A DNA stretch of 64,000 bases, taken from assembly GCF_006345805.1 (NCBI RefSeq), contig NC_042998.1:86738001-86802000 (forward strand), given 5' to 3'. The stretch's first letter is position 1, and each line of letters begins with the position of its first letter. Of the stretch, positions 51,471-64,000 are shown piece after piece. This stretch comes from Octopus sinensis. Its lineage: Eukaryota. Below the pieces are notes generated by a model. That model searched no databases, was not told where the DNA came from, and saw only the letters and a program-made list of their open reading frames with translations. The position numbers and the translations under genes were made by a program.

Positions 51471-52238
51471 ATCTAACCCCCATTTCTTACCTGAGGATCA
51501 CAGTCATTTAGTTATATAAGTATATTTATGTATGCATGCATGTAATGTATGTATGTATGTATGTATGTATGTATGTATGTATGTATGTATGTTATGGAGT
51601 ATGGATGGATGTATTTATATGGGTATGTATGTATGTAGGTGTGTATGTATATTGTGTGTTATTGTCTATATGATGTGTATGTATGTGTGTATATATATGT
51701 GGTATGTATGCATCATCATCATCATCATCGTTTATCGTCCATTTCCCATGCTAACATGGGTTGGACAGTTCAACCGGGGTCTGGGAAGCCAGGAGGCTGC
51801 ACCAGGCTTCAGTCTGATCTGGCAGTGTTTCTACAGCTGGATGCCCTTCCTAACGCCAACCACACCATTATAGGTACATGTGAGTATATATGAATATATT
51901 TTATGTAAGTGTGAGTATGTAGTAGACCTATATATGTACACATGCCCACCCATGTGTGTGCATGTGTGCATATACCCTTACATACAATTATACACGTGTG
52001 TGGAGTCTGCATGCATGCATTTATATATGCAAGAATTTATATATTCAAATAGATATGAATGAGTTGTTATATGCATGAATGTGTGTGAAGAGTTTGTATG
52101 CGTATATATTTGTTAATGTATGTATATGTCTATATATATGTGTGGATACGTATGTGTGTATATCTTGAAAGATATAAATTCTTTCTTCCCTTTTCCTCCT
52201 CACCTATCAGAAATGTCTATTTATAGCAACTTGACTTA

Positions 52239-53509
52239 CGAGGGACGTTCAATAAGTAATGCTCCTGATCCACTTGCAGTTGGTTGATCTAGCTGAAATT
52301 TTGCATGTGCAATTATTAATATGTCTATAGAATAAGTGGCAAATTACAGCTCTGAACTAATTGTAGTTTCTGATTTACAGGTGTTTGAACAGAGTCAAGT
52401 GTGAAATGGAGCCAGTTGAGTGTCGAGCAGTGATCCGGTTTTGTATTTGAAAGGACGCACACCATGGGAGACTTTCGATGAAAATGAAAGTAACTTATGG
52501 TGATGATGCCCCATCATATGACCTTGTAAAACGCTGGCATCGTGAATTTAAACATGGTCGGAACTCTGTGGAAACAGCTCCCAGATCTGGTCGCCCCCTT
52601 CTGCCATTGATGAGGCATCTGTCCGTCAAGTTGAGGCTGCCATTTTGGAAGATCGACGCATAACTATTCGCCAAATAGCCCATGAGGTCAAGATTAGTAC
52701 CGCGTCTGTGGAAACTATCATTCATGACCATTTGCATATGCAAAAGGTGTCTGCCAGATGGATTCCCAGGTTGCTCACACCTTTCCAGAAGCAAGAACGC
52801 GTCGAGTGTTTCGAGATGAATTTGGAGATGTGCCAAGAAGATGAGTCAAAATTTTTCAAAAGACTGATTACACAGGATGAAACCTGGGTCCATCACTATG
52901 ATTCAGAGACCAAAGCCCAGTCAATGCAGTGGAAGCACCGTGACTCACCACCTCCAAAGAAGGCAAGGGTGCAGCCCTTCACTGGCAAGGTCATGCTCAC
53001 AGTTTCTGGGACCAGGACGGAGTAGTGATGACAGATTTCCTGGCAAAGGGTACCACAATTATAGGAGCCTATTATGCTTCACTTTTGAAGAAATTAAGAG
53101 AAGCTATCAAAATCAAGAGGTGGGGCAAGATCAGCAAGGCATCCTCCTCCTGCAGGACAACGCTCTGTGTGTCGCCAGATCAGAAGCACAGACGTGCGGC
53201 TATGAACTCCTCCCCCACCCCCCCTACTCTCCTGACCTTGCACCTCTGATTTTCACCTCTTCTCAGCCATGAAGTTTTTGAAAGGAAAGCATTTCCCAGA
53301 TGATGTAGCCTTGATTTCTGAAGTCACGTCGTGGTTGGAGGACCAAGCTGGGGTATTCTACAAAAACGGTCTCCAGAGCTGCATCAAACGATGGGAGAAT
53401 GCGTACTCTGGGTGGTTCCTATGTAGAAAAAGACTAATAACTGTGCCAAGTTTTCGTTGCTCTACTGCTATGGGAACTGGGTCAGGGGCATTACTTATTG
53501 AACGCCTCG
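52239..53509 (+). mobile_element. Full-length mariner (irritans-like) transposon with a frameshifted transposase
   Basis: TA|CGAGGGACGTTCAATAAGTAATGCTCCTGA ... TCAGGGGCATTACTTATTGAACGCCTCG|TA TIRs with TA target duplication. ATG at 52406 (MEPVECRAVIRFLYLKG), ARWIPRLL, ITQDETWVHHY and PYSPDLAP motifs. Confidence 0.92.
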
Positions 53510-54208
53510 TATATTCTTCATTATTTATATTCTTCATTCCATCTCAATTTTATTACCAAAACTAATTCCCACTTACACATCACCCTACCCTCTTACTTTC
53601 TCTCTACATTTTCTATATCCATCCCTTAATGTAGCTCTATCACACCACTCCTGTTCACATACCTCACACATTTTTACTCTTTACCCTCTCATCTCTTCCT
53701 GTTTCTCCCCCACTTCTCCCTTCTAACATTTTATCCTGACCACTAGCTAACACACCTCTTTCTTCACTTATTTGTTGTATCTCCCACCCCCTTCTTTTCT
53801 TTTACCTCCAGTTCTCTTCCTTCCTTTTTGATTTGACCTTACAACTCATTCCCAATTTCTAAGTCACTCCAAAAAAACCCTCGAACGAATAACACAGTTT
53901 ACAAGACTCTATGCTTGGAATGACCAAATATAACATTATTGGAACTCACATGGGGTACAGGAAACGTATATATACACCATTCTGCTTAAATGATGGAACT
54001 GCAAGTACAATATCCTTACGTATCACACTTCTATTTTCATTCCTTCACTTCCCTCTGTATTTCATATCTTATCTACAATAATAATACTCAAACATTTTCT
54101 TGCACCATCCTGATAAAGAGATATATAAAATATCCTGGAAACAGCTGTAAGACCTCTTTATAAATGTTTTGAAAACTATTCACAGCCTTGGATTTTTACA
54201 TCATTCTG

Positions 54209-54248
<40 letters not shown>

Positions 54249-54325
54249 TGTGTGTGTTTGAGAAATATGACATCTGTGGTTTTAATTTATTAACGTATTT
54301 TCATCTTGTTTCTTGTATTATATAG

Positions 54326-54567
54326 TTTGAACTCTGACATTAACAATGATTTTGATGGTATGTATCATAAAAATATCAACGCTGCACCAAAAACTCTTTA
54401 CAACTTTGATATGACACAACATATTCAATACAAGCAGACAACTCCAAATCAGATTTGGACAGTGTTATCAAAGAACGTGATGCAGAAATGAACAAGATAA
54501 ACAATGATTCTACAGTTCTTTATGGTAATTCAGATCATGAATCAGATGTTAAGCTACTGAAGTATAA
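54326..54567 (+). CDS. Cadherin terminal coding exon (LNSDINNDF...NFD[N]DTTYSIQADNSK...DHESDV[K]ATEV*), two -1 frameshifts as assembled
   Basis: Polypyrimidine tract and tAG acceptor. The frame switches at 54411 and 54551, and +A at each gives a continuous acidic tail ending in TEV*. AATAAA at 54609-54614. Confidence 0.65.
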
Positions 54568-54608
54568 CAGCTAAATATTATATTTACTTGTGAATGTAAA
54601 AGAAAATT

Positions 54609-54614
54609 AATAAA
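54609..54614 (+). promoter_or_regulatory. Candidate polyadenylation signal of the cadherin gene
   Basis: AATAAA about 40 nt after the reconstructed stop. The region is AT-rich, so this may be chance. Confidence 0.35.
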
Positions 54615-54734
54615 TCCTATCAATAGTAATGTTTTGATTTTGACATTTCATCCAAATCAAACACATATTGGATAAATATATTCGTGCATTTGTATGTGTA
54701 TATTTTGTGTGTGAATATCTGTGCATATATATGC

Positions 54735-54770
<36 letters not shown>

Positions 54771-54914
54771 ATGTATATACCCATTCATATATATATATAC
54801 ATATATGTATGTATATAAATATATATATGTATGTATATATATGTATGAATATATATATATATGTTACATATATATGTGTGTGTGTATATATATATTGTAT
54901 ATATGTATGTGTGT

Positions 54915-54958
<44 letters not shown>

Positions 54959-55302
54959 ATATATATATATATACACACACACACATATATATGATTTTTT
55001 GTTATAATATCAAATAAAATTGTAATTATAATTATTCAAAAGCTTTTCGTAGTTGTTAAAATATCTTTAAATAGTGTAATATATTGAAGTTATTCAACCT
55101 TTAAGTCACATCTTATCCTGAGAGACAAGCATGACTTTTTTAGCTATGTGTTATTTTAAGTTTATCATGGAATTGTCTACTATACAATGGCCCAAACAGG
55201 CTGAACTTCATCTGTATCAGTTCCCTTGTCAAAGCTGACTGAGAAGGAAATGTACTTTGTTCTAAACAGTTACAAGTTATCTTGAGGCTGTTTTGAAGAT
55301 CT

Positions 55303-55579
55303 GAACTGAGAATTGCAAGCTAAAAGAGCTCTTAATATTAATTACTTAATATTATTCTTACTTACTATGATGTACTGTAATAACGCCATAATACCAGTTT
55401 CTAAATAAAATGACTAAGTCAGCCATTTACAGGTTAATAATCGAACTGAGAATTGCAAGCTAAAAGAGCTCTTAATATTAATTATTAATATTATTCTTAC
55501 TTACTATGATGTACTGTAATAACGACATAATACCAGTTTCTAAAAAAATGACTAGTCAGCCATTTACAGGTAATAATCT
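55303..55579. repeat. ~140-bp direct tandem duplication (2 copies)
   Basis: GAACTGAGAATTGCAAGCTAAAAGAGCTC starts at ~55303 and ~55443. Confidence 0.9.
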
Positions 55580-56616
55580 TGGCAAATATATGGCTGGTGA
55601 TGGTATATTAATTATCAGTCTTTTGATAGATAGTCTAACACATTATAGACTCAGCAAAGCAGCATTTTTATATCAGCAGTGTAAAGAAACTGATAAGTAT
55701 TTTGATTGCGTGTTAAGTTTGTAAATAGAATATATAACAAAAATTTTTATATATCCTGAAAAATTGTTTCAAAAATAAATTTATTTAAAAAAAGTAACTA
55801 TGTATTCTATCATTATTATTGTTTTATTCATATATCACTGATAAATCAGTATACACAGCTACATAGAGTTTGCAGAGAGAAGAGGAAGACACAGAAAGAC
55901 TTGGAATAAATTAGTAAGGTGACTTTAGGATTTGGGTCCTCGTGGATGAGATAACCAAGAGCTGAGATTACTGGCAGAGCACAGTACTCAATAAGACCTG
56001 TCCATCATGGTGAGGACTGAAGTTCTAGAACACAATGTGTATATACAAACTGGGTCCCTTGCCGATGAGTCATTGTCAAGCCTTCCCTATCACCTACTGT
56101 CTGCAGTAGAGAAGGAAAGAGTAAGGAATGCACGGTGTTGACTAGAAAAGAAGAAAGGAAAAAGATGGCATCGTCTTTCTTGCTGCTGAAATCTTCTCTT
56201 TTGTGTCAGCTATGACCAAGGAGTAACACTTTCCCTTTGCTGGACATATGAATAGAACAGAGTAAGGACATTTAGCAAAGATGACTCAGAAGTTGTTCTT
56301 GATTATTATCCCAAACAGCAATAGCTTTCTTCAACTGAATACAGTTGATTGGTTAAATTACCTAAATACGACAACTTTAAGATGAAATAACTTCTAAAAT
56401 GCAAAATTTTGCAAAAAATGGTGAAAGTAAACCGTATTCAGCATGAGAAATTACACCAGTATATGAAGTTTCAAACTGTTTAGTTGGAAAAAAAATAATT
56501 TTAAAAATCTGTGAGCGAAACTGAATAGATCCCCACTTTCAGTATTTAAATGGTTTTTTTCAATGAAATTTTATAGAAATACCTTGCAAATGGCATACAT
56601 CACAATTATAAAGAAA

Positions 56617-57469
56617 CTAGCTGACCCGCTCTACATGTGGGTGAGTGTGTGGTTGTTATTTTCTGTTTCTTATCACCACATTCTCCCTCTTTGTTCTCTC
56701 CTTTCTTCTCTCACTTTCCCACTCTCTTACTCTTCCTTTCTCTCAGACTCTCCCTCGCTTTCTCTTATCTCTATCTTTCTCCATCTATCTCTCTCCCATT
56801 TATAAAGAACAAAAGATCTTGAGTAGTTGAGAAAGAAAATATTTTGAAAGATCAATCATAACTATCAGGTACTGACAACGGAAATATCTGTTTCAAGGCA
56901 GACAGCAAAACATTAACATTTAAAAGGGACAGATGAACTTGCAAGCTGAATAAAAATTTTAAAAACCAAAATTTGAAGGGATAGAATCTGAGGATAGTAG
57001 ACTTGCCATGGCTGGCTTTCCTTAACGACGGACAGCAACGTACTGGCAGTTTCATGGCTGGCAGAACTTGATGTAAAAGAAAATTCCTAAACAATAAATT
57101 TTGAAGTGATTCTTTCTCACAACAGTAGACTCACCATGGCAGGCATTCAAAACTTCTTCATGACAGACGGCAACACATTGACGATTAAAGGCTGGCACAA
57201 ATTTTTAGCTTGATGTAACAGAGAATTCCTAAACAGCTGCTCTTGTAAATTTTATTCCCCTTCCAGCCCCATTTAGACCCCTTTACACATTTTGGTTAAT
57301 ATAACACGATTTCATTTGGGTCTACTTGGGCCACATTTTAAAAGATGAGGTATTTTGTTCTAGAGGTCATGCCTTTCATTTCAGGAAAAAAATAGTTGCC
57401 ATGCAAACTCGCCAGCACTTTTAACATAGGTGTGCATATTTTCAGCTCAACCGACCACATAATGCACAC

Positions 57470-57522
<53 letters not shown>

Positions 57523-58464
57523 CACACATATATATATATACGCATTAAATATACATATGTACATATATGTGCATTATATGTGTGTGTGTATGCATTATAT
57601 ATATAAATGTATACAAATTATATATATATACATATATACACACACACTCATACACATGTATAATATATATATAAAATAGAGTATATATATACACTTTATA
57701 TGTATACATTATATATAGATACACACACACACACTATATAAATTAACCCAATAAATATCTGATTCATATATAATATTTGTTCTCATGTTTGTGTGTGGTG
57801 GTGGCGATAATAATTTTCTCTATGAATGCAGACAGATGTACAGAGAGAGAGAGTGAGGTGGGAGAAAGAGTGACAGAGCTGGTGAAGGTGGCGGGCGAAA
57901 GAGAGCGGAAGCTGTCAAATGTCGTTATAGATCAAATGTGGAGGGAAGGGAAGAAAGAGAGAGAGAGAGAGACAGAGGAAGAGAGGCAGATATGTGAAAC
58001 AGAGAAAACGACTATTCATAATATTTGTTCTCATGATTGTGTGGTGGTAGTGGCGATAATAATTCTCTCTATGAATGCAGACAGACGTAGAGAGAGAGAG
58101 TGAAAGAATGTGGAAGAAAGAGTGACAGCGCTGGCAAAGACGGCGGGGGGAAGATAGTAGAAGCTGTCACATGCCGTTATAGAGAGAAAGTGAAGGAAGG
58201 GAGGAAAGAGAGAGAGAGACGGAGGAAGACAGGCAGATAGGAGAAAGGGAGAAACGACAAACACTTGTCAAAGTGCGGGTTCTTTTCCCCTAGTAACCAC
58301 AGCTTTTGAGCTAGGGATTTCTAACCTAGCCACTCACATTCACGCCTCTTTTTACATGTCCCTGTAAATTTTGGAGCGAATCTGGCGGGATCTAGTGCTC
58401 TTTAACCCGTTCCAATGCCAAAACCAGACAAACAAACAGACTTTTCGCATTTCAGATTTATAGA
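56617..58464 (-). mobile_element. Non-autonomous Helitron-like element, copy 2, with an internal ~250-bp duplication
   Basis: Reverse complement of 12861-14417, with A|TC...CTAG|T ends on the minus strand. ATAATATTTGTTCTCATG unit at ~57770 and ~58018. Confidence 0.7.
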
Positions 58465-59520
58465 TATTGATTTGTGGAGAAAATTGTTTCCAAGGGAGTG
58501 GGTAGAGGATTTCAGAAAATTCACAAGTTCTGAATTTTTCCTTGTTATATTCCGAAATCACATTCAACTATCTACAGATATCCTAGTGTAGTACTACTAC
58601 ACTACGAAGTATTTTTTCTACCCACTTTCAATAAGTCTTAATGTTTTGGCTTCATTTTTGTTTCATTTTATCCTCAATTATTTTTACGCTTTTTTTAACC
58701 CGTCTGTCATTATTCTCCATTCACTAGTTATTACTTTCTCTCTCTCTCTCTCTCTGTTTATATATATAGATAAATATATATATATATATATAAATACGTA
58801 TGTACATACACACATACATACACACATACATACATACATACATACATACATACATACATACATACATACATACATACATACATACATACATACGCACATA
58901 CATACATACATACGCACTATAGTAAAACTTTAGTTCTGTGATATAGAGATAAAAATCTGATACTAGATTTTAGGGTATAGTTTTGGGAGCAAGTGTCATA
59001 AATTCACTTTCTAGCTTCGGCCGTAGGAAGTTGAAATTTGATAGCGTTGTGATGAGTTGTCCCTCTACATCCATCCATCGCTACAGGTTTATAGCTTTAT
59101 GTTTTATAGAGTGTATGTGCGTGCATATACACACACATACATATATACATCCATACATACATACATACATACATACATACATACATACATACATACATAC
59201 ATACATACATACACAGTCGTATGTGCGTACATGCATACGTACATACATACACACATGTATGCATACATACACACATACATACGTACATATATATGACGAA
59301 CTAAATGTTACTTTCTTAGATGCAGCACGGACTTTGTCAGTGAACAGGTCGCAGATTTTAGCGACGAAAATATTTTGATAAATTAAACTTAAATGTTGAA
59401 GTGAATCGAACGGCTTTTGTGTGTTTCTTAAATGGCTTATAAACACCTTCCACGCTGCAATTGTTTTCGTTTCAGCACACGATCTCAGATCAAATTACTT
59501 GCTATGCGAGTACATCTCCG

Positions 59521-59548
<28 letters not shown>

Positions 59549-59551
<3 letters not shown>

Positions 59552-59719
59552 AACAATTCATAATTAAGGGCAAACGAGAAAATTTCTAATGCCAGATATG
59601 CCGAAAAATTGGACATATTGTCCATTAACCATATAATTTTTTTAGGACAATATGTCCAATTTTTCGGCACATCTGGTATTAGAAATTTTTTCGTTTCCCT
59701 TAATTATGAATTGTTTATA
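59549..59719. repeat. Hairpin/MITE-like inverted repeat, ~75-bp arms, ~21-nt loop
   Basis: 59549-59623 pairs with 59645-59719 with few mismatches. Confidence 0.85.
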
Positions 59720-59817
59720 GCTTTAACCTTTAATGGTATTTTTTGATATGCTGGCCATTGATAAAATTTTGGGGGGAAAAGAATATATTTTTTTCGAAAA
59801 AAATTTTATCCTTCATT

Positions 59818-60034
<217 letters not shown>

Positions 60035-60048
60035 CATAGGCGCAGGAG

Positions 60049-60360
60049 TGGCTGTGTGGTAAGTAGCTTGCTAACCAACCACACGGTTGCGGGTTCAGTC
60101 CCACTGCGTGGCATCTTGGGCAAGTGTCTTCTGCTATAGCCCCGGGCCGACCAGTGCCTTGTGAGTGGATTTGGTAGACGGAAACTGAAAGAAGCCTGTC
60201 GTATATATGTATATATATGTATATGTGTGTTTGTGTGTCTGTGTTTGTCCCCCTAGCATTGCTTGACAACCGATGCTGGTGTGTTTATGTCCCCGTCACT
60301 TAGCGGTTCGGCAAAAAGAGACCGATAGAATAAGTACTAAAAGGTGGTGCTCCAGCATGG
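60049..60360 (+). mobile_element. tRNA-derived SINE
   Basis: GGCGCAGGAGTGGCTGTGTGGTAAG...GGTTCAGTCCCACTG head, with GGCAAGTGTCTTCT, GTGAGTGGATTTGGTAGACGGAAACTG core and GATAGAATAAGTACT tail. Confidence 0.85.
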
Positions 60361-60400
60361 CCGCAGTCAAATGACTGAAACAAGTAAAATAGTAAAAGAG

Positions 60401-60484
<84 letters not shown>

Positions 60485-60507
60485 CATATATATATATATA
60501 TATACAC

Positions 60508-60594
<87 letters not shown>

Positions 60595-60605
60595 TATATA
60601 TATAT

Positions 60606-60676
<71 letters not shown>

Positions 60677-60683
60677 CATATAT

Positions 60684-61070
60684 GTGGAGGCGCAATGGCC
60701 CAGTGGTTAGGGCAGCGGACTCGCGGTCATAGGATCGGGTTTCGATTCCCAGACCAAGTGTTGTGAGTGTTTATTGAGAGAAAACACCTAAAGCTCCACG
60801 AGGCTCCGGCAGGGGATGGTGGTGATCCCTGCTGTACTCTTTCACCACAACTTTCTCTCACTCTTACTTCCTGTTTCTGTTGTACCTGTATTTCAAAGGG
60901 CCGGCCTTGTCACTCCCTGTGTCACGCTGAATATCCCCGAGAACTATGTTAAGGGTACACATGTCTGTGGAGTGCTCAGCCACTTACACGTTAATTTCAC
61001 GAGCAGGCTGTTCCGTTGATTCGGATCAACGGAACCCTCATCGTCGTAACTGACGGAGTGCTTCCATCCA
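60684..61070 (+). mobile_element. tRNA-derived SINE (second family)
   Basis: GGAGGCGCAATGGCCCAGTGGTTAGGGCAGCGG...GGTTTCGATTCCC head. Homolog at 36266-36630 on the minus strand. Confidence 0.85.
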
Positions 61071-61189
61071 TACATATATATATATATACACTCACACACA
61101 TGGATATATGCCATTTAGCATAGTTGTTTGTACACAGGAGTCATGCAATCTGCCTTTCACTCTGAGGTAGTAGCTCTGAACTTCATCCT

Positions 61190-61900
61190 ACCTATTCTTA
61201 TTCGAGAACAACCACCCCAGCTAATAACTTGGTCACCTAAGTAACAGAAACTGTCTGCCATTTCTGAGTATCATCCCTGACATTTGAAGGAGTGTGTTTT
61301 ATGTACATTCTTGACATATTCCACATGTAAAGACTACTTTCTGTTAGTCTTCCAGTGGTACTGCTGCACCTCTTATGTGTCCATAGCTTGTACTGAGTGC
61401 ACTGCATGGAGTTTCTCTTGACACCTTTTTTAAATCTGAGCAGGGCCATCTACCGGAAGGGATCTGTGATTTTCCTACTTATCAATACTTTAGTCTTTGT
61501 TAAATTAGCTCTAAGGCCCTTTGATTCCAGACTGTGCTTCCATACCCGCAATATCTTCTCTACTTTTGATAGTGATTCAGCAATAAGAACAAGGTCATCC
61601 GTATATAGAAGCTCCCAAAGGCAGCTAGTCTTAAATTCCACACTTATAGCCTGGAGGACTATGACAAACAAGAAGGAGCTAAAACTGATCTCTGGTGAAC
61701 TCCTTCTTGTACAGTAAGCTCCTATACTCATTGGTGTTTCTCACTTAATTGACAACATCCCTGTATATGGCTTGTACAGCTCTCACCAACCACTCATCTA
61801 TCCCTAGCTTCCACATTATCTCCAGCTAAGGAAGCAGGATACCTAGATGATATTTTTCACCAAGATATTACAACTGTATCTGATTTTTCAAGTGCTTCAA
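61190..61900 (-). mobile_element. RTE LINE reverse-transcriptase fragment
   Basis: ORF 61450..61731 contains FVIVLQAISVEFKTSCLWELLYTDDLVLIAES...GLRANLTKTK. Confidence 0.88.
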
Positions 61901-62761
61901 TTGTGTGTATATACATATATATTTACTAGATTGCTGACATTTATCAATGATTGTTCTGTTGTACTGATGGGCCATTTCCTGTCATTAATGAAACTGTCAG
62001 CATTCTTGTTGACATAGGTATGCTAGTGAAATAAGAAAACATACCTGGGTTTTCAACCATTGTGTTACATTCTATTTTAGACAGCTTTATCTAACTTCCT
62101 TTTAGATCTTTCTACATTCCAATCTAATGATTCATAATCATTTCAAATAAATAAAATCCTATATCTTGATTTATATCAATACTCAGCAATTGAAGTAAAC
62201 CTGCGTTCTGATATGTATACTCTGATAGATCAGTCTAAATATCTATATGAGCGAATATATAAATGCAGTCAATGATAAAAAGTGACTGAGGTATTCACAC
62301 ACACATACACACAAAGAGTCTGACCAAACTTTGTGGACTGACTCTCACTACTAAGTTCAGATGGGGAGAAAAGGCTTGTGGTGGTGAGGCTCAGTCTATG
62401 TAGCCACTTGAGAGTGTGCCACTCTTTCACATGAACTTTGGACATGAAAATCTGCCATCATATCTTTATCGTTATCATCGTCGTCATCATCATTTAATGT
62501 CCATGTTGGCATGTGTTAGCTGATTTGACTAGAGCTGGTAAGCCGGAGAGTTGCACCAGGTTCCAGTTTGTTTTGGCTTGGTTTCATTAGACAGAAGTTT
62601 ATTTATATATCCATTTTTATTCAGGATATATTTACTGCACTTGTTCTTATTGGTATTATTACTATTTTTAATCATATCATTACTACTTACAAATAAATTG
62701 GATACATTGTTACTATTAGATTCACCCACTTCCTTGTTAATCATTCTTCCATTATTATAAT

Positions 62762-63990
62762 TACTGGGTTGGCAACTAATTTTCTGCCGTTTTTTTTTTT
62801 TAATTTAAATTTTTTAAAAGGTTTAGTAAAAAATTACAACTAATAAATCGATTATGCACTGACACTTTTTGTTTGCACTTTCTTCCCATAGTTCAACAAG
62901 ATTTTCAATACCTCACTAGTAGAAATCACCCGATTTTGATTAGAAATATTGATCCAACCAAGCTCTTAATTCTGCATCAGTATTGAATAAAATTCTGCAC
63001 ATAACACTTGAAAGAGATCAAAAGAGGTGAAAATCCGTTGGCACAAAATCAGGAGAGTACGGCAGGTGTGGAAGCACTTCCCAGCCATGTGTTTGAATGG
63101 CTTCCTTGATCATATTGGCGATATGAGGGCGGGCATTGTCATGCAACAGAAGAACTCCATGCTGCCAATTAAGTCTTTTCTCTTGAATAGCCATGTTAAG
63201 TTGTTCCATCGGTTGAACATAGAGTTCTGTATTGACTGTTTGGTTCCTTTCAAGCAATTCGTAATGGATAATCCCTTTCCAGTCCCACCATACGCACAAC
63301 ATCGTTTTACGCAGATGAAGATCTTGTTTCATGCGCGTTGTCGCATATTTACCGGGGCTAAGCCATTCCTTACACTGCTTCATATTGATGTACAGGCACC
63401 ATTTTTTATCACCAGTAATGATTCGGTAAAGAAATCATTGCTTGTGTCCATGAGTTGAGTGGTGACGAGCAAGCAAACCAGCAGAGATAGTGGCTTGTTG
63501 ATTTTTGTTGTTGTCACTTAAAGCATGCAGAACCTATCCTCCATACTCCTGAACTTTCCCATCGAGTGAAGACGCTTCTCTATAGCAGTGTGGGAGCATT
63601 CCATTTTCTCTGCCAGTTCCTTTGTCATTTGACGAGAATTTTCGTGCAAAAGTTGGTTTAATCACTCTTCATCTAACTCAACTGGATGGCCAGATCAAGG
63701 TGTGTCTTTGAGGTTAAAATTTCCATTTTTGAACTTGGCATGCCAATCACGAGCGGTTCTTTCAGCTATGGCAGCCTCTCCATACATAGCACAAATGTCA
63801 CAAGCAGCTTTTGTGGCCTTAGAACCTTGATTAAAAGCAAAAAGAGGTGTCAAAAAGGCTCGATTTTCTTGATGTTCCATTTTAATGATCTCAAAATAAA
63901 CAAAAATTAACTAAAATTAACGAGAAAAAGGAACAAAAGAGATTCCAAATTGATTCAAAAATAGTATTCTCGAAAAAAATAAATTCCAAA
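62762..63990 (-). mobile_element. Near full-length decayed mariner transposon
   Basis: TIR CTGGGTTGGCAACTAATT at ~62764. ORFs 63695..63880 (N-terminal HTH) and 63018..63383 (LLHDNARPH, PYSPDF), with internal stops. Confidence 0.9.
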
Positions 63991-64000
63991 ATTAGAAAAA

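Noticed and set aside
58584-58604. Perfect 10-bp-arm palindrome TAGTGTAGTA-C-TACTACACTA
   Set aside because: Too short to interpret. It is probably a terminal hairpin of a neighbouring repeat or a local duplication.
60684-60760. tRNA-like sequences (also 60049-60110 and 8035-8107)
   Set aside because: They are SINE heads. They continue into SINE bodies and lack a proper acceptor stem.
61163-61173. TGAGGTAGTAG, matching the let-7 5' end
   Set aside because: The match stops after 11 nt, the rest differs from let-7, and there is no precursor hairpin.

Overview
AT-rich, microsatellite- and transposon-dense animal genomic DNA. It is most likely an octopod cephalopod, inferred from its tRNA-derived SINE families, RTE 3' tails and (TA)n/(TACA)n load. 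There is one ~100-N scaffold gap at 3539-3638. The only host gene I can support is the 3' part of a multi-exon, plus-strand, non-classical cadherin. It has 14 exons from 3683 to ~54567: the end of one cadherin repeat, four complete repeats, a transmembrane exon, and a CDH23/Cad87A-like cytoplasmic tail with a PGTN...EG.NPLYN motif and a probable C-terminal TEV* PDZ-binding motif. As assembled, the gene cannot be spliced into one open frame. At about six places the frame is restored by adding a single A. This is most likely long-read deletion error, but it is testable. Introns and flanks hold decayed mariner and DD37D transposons, RTE, R4/Dong-like, Penelope, CR1-like and Gypsy retroelement remnants, Helitron-like non-autonomous elements and SINEs. 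Other notable structures are an ORF1-only Tx1/L1-like element bounded by 17-bp direct repeats (154-1954), a ~2-kb AT-rich foldback with ~700-bp arms (15231-17250), a cluster of RLE retroelement ends at (TAA)n tracts, and several inverted-repeat/hairpin structures inside the cadherin pre-mRNA. All coordinates were read by eye and repeat boundaries are approximate.
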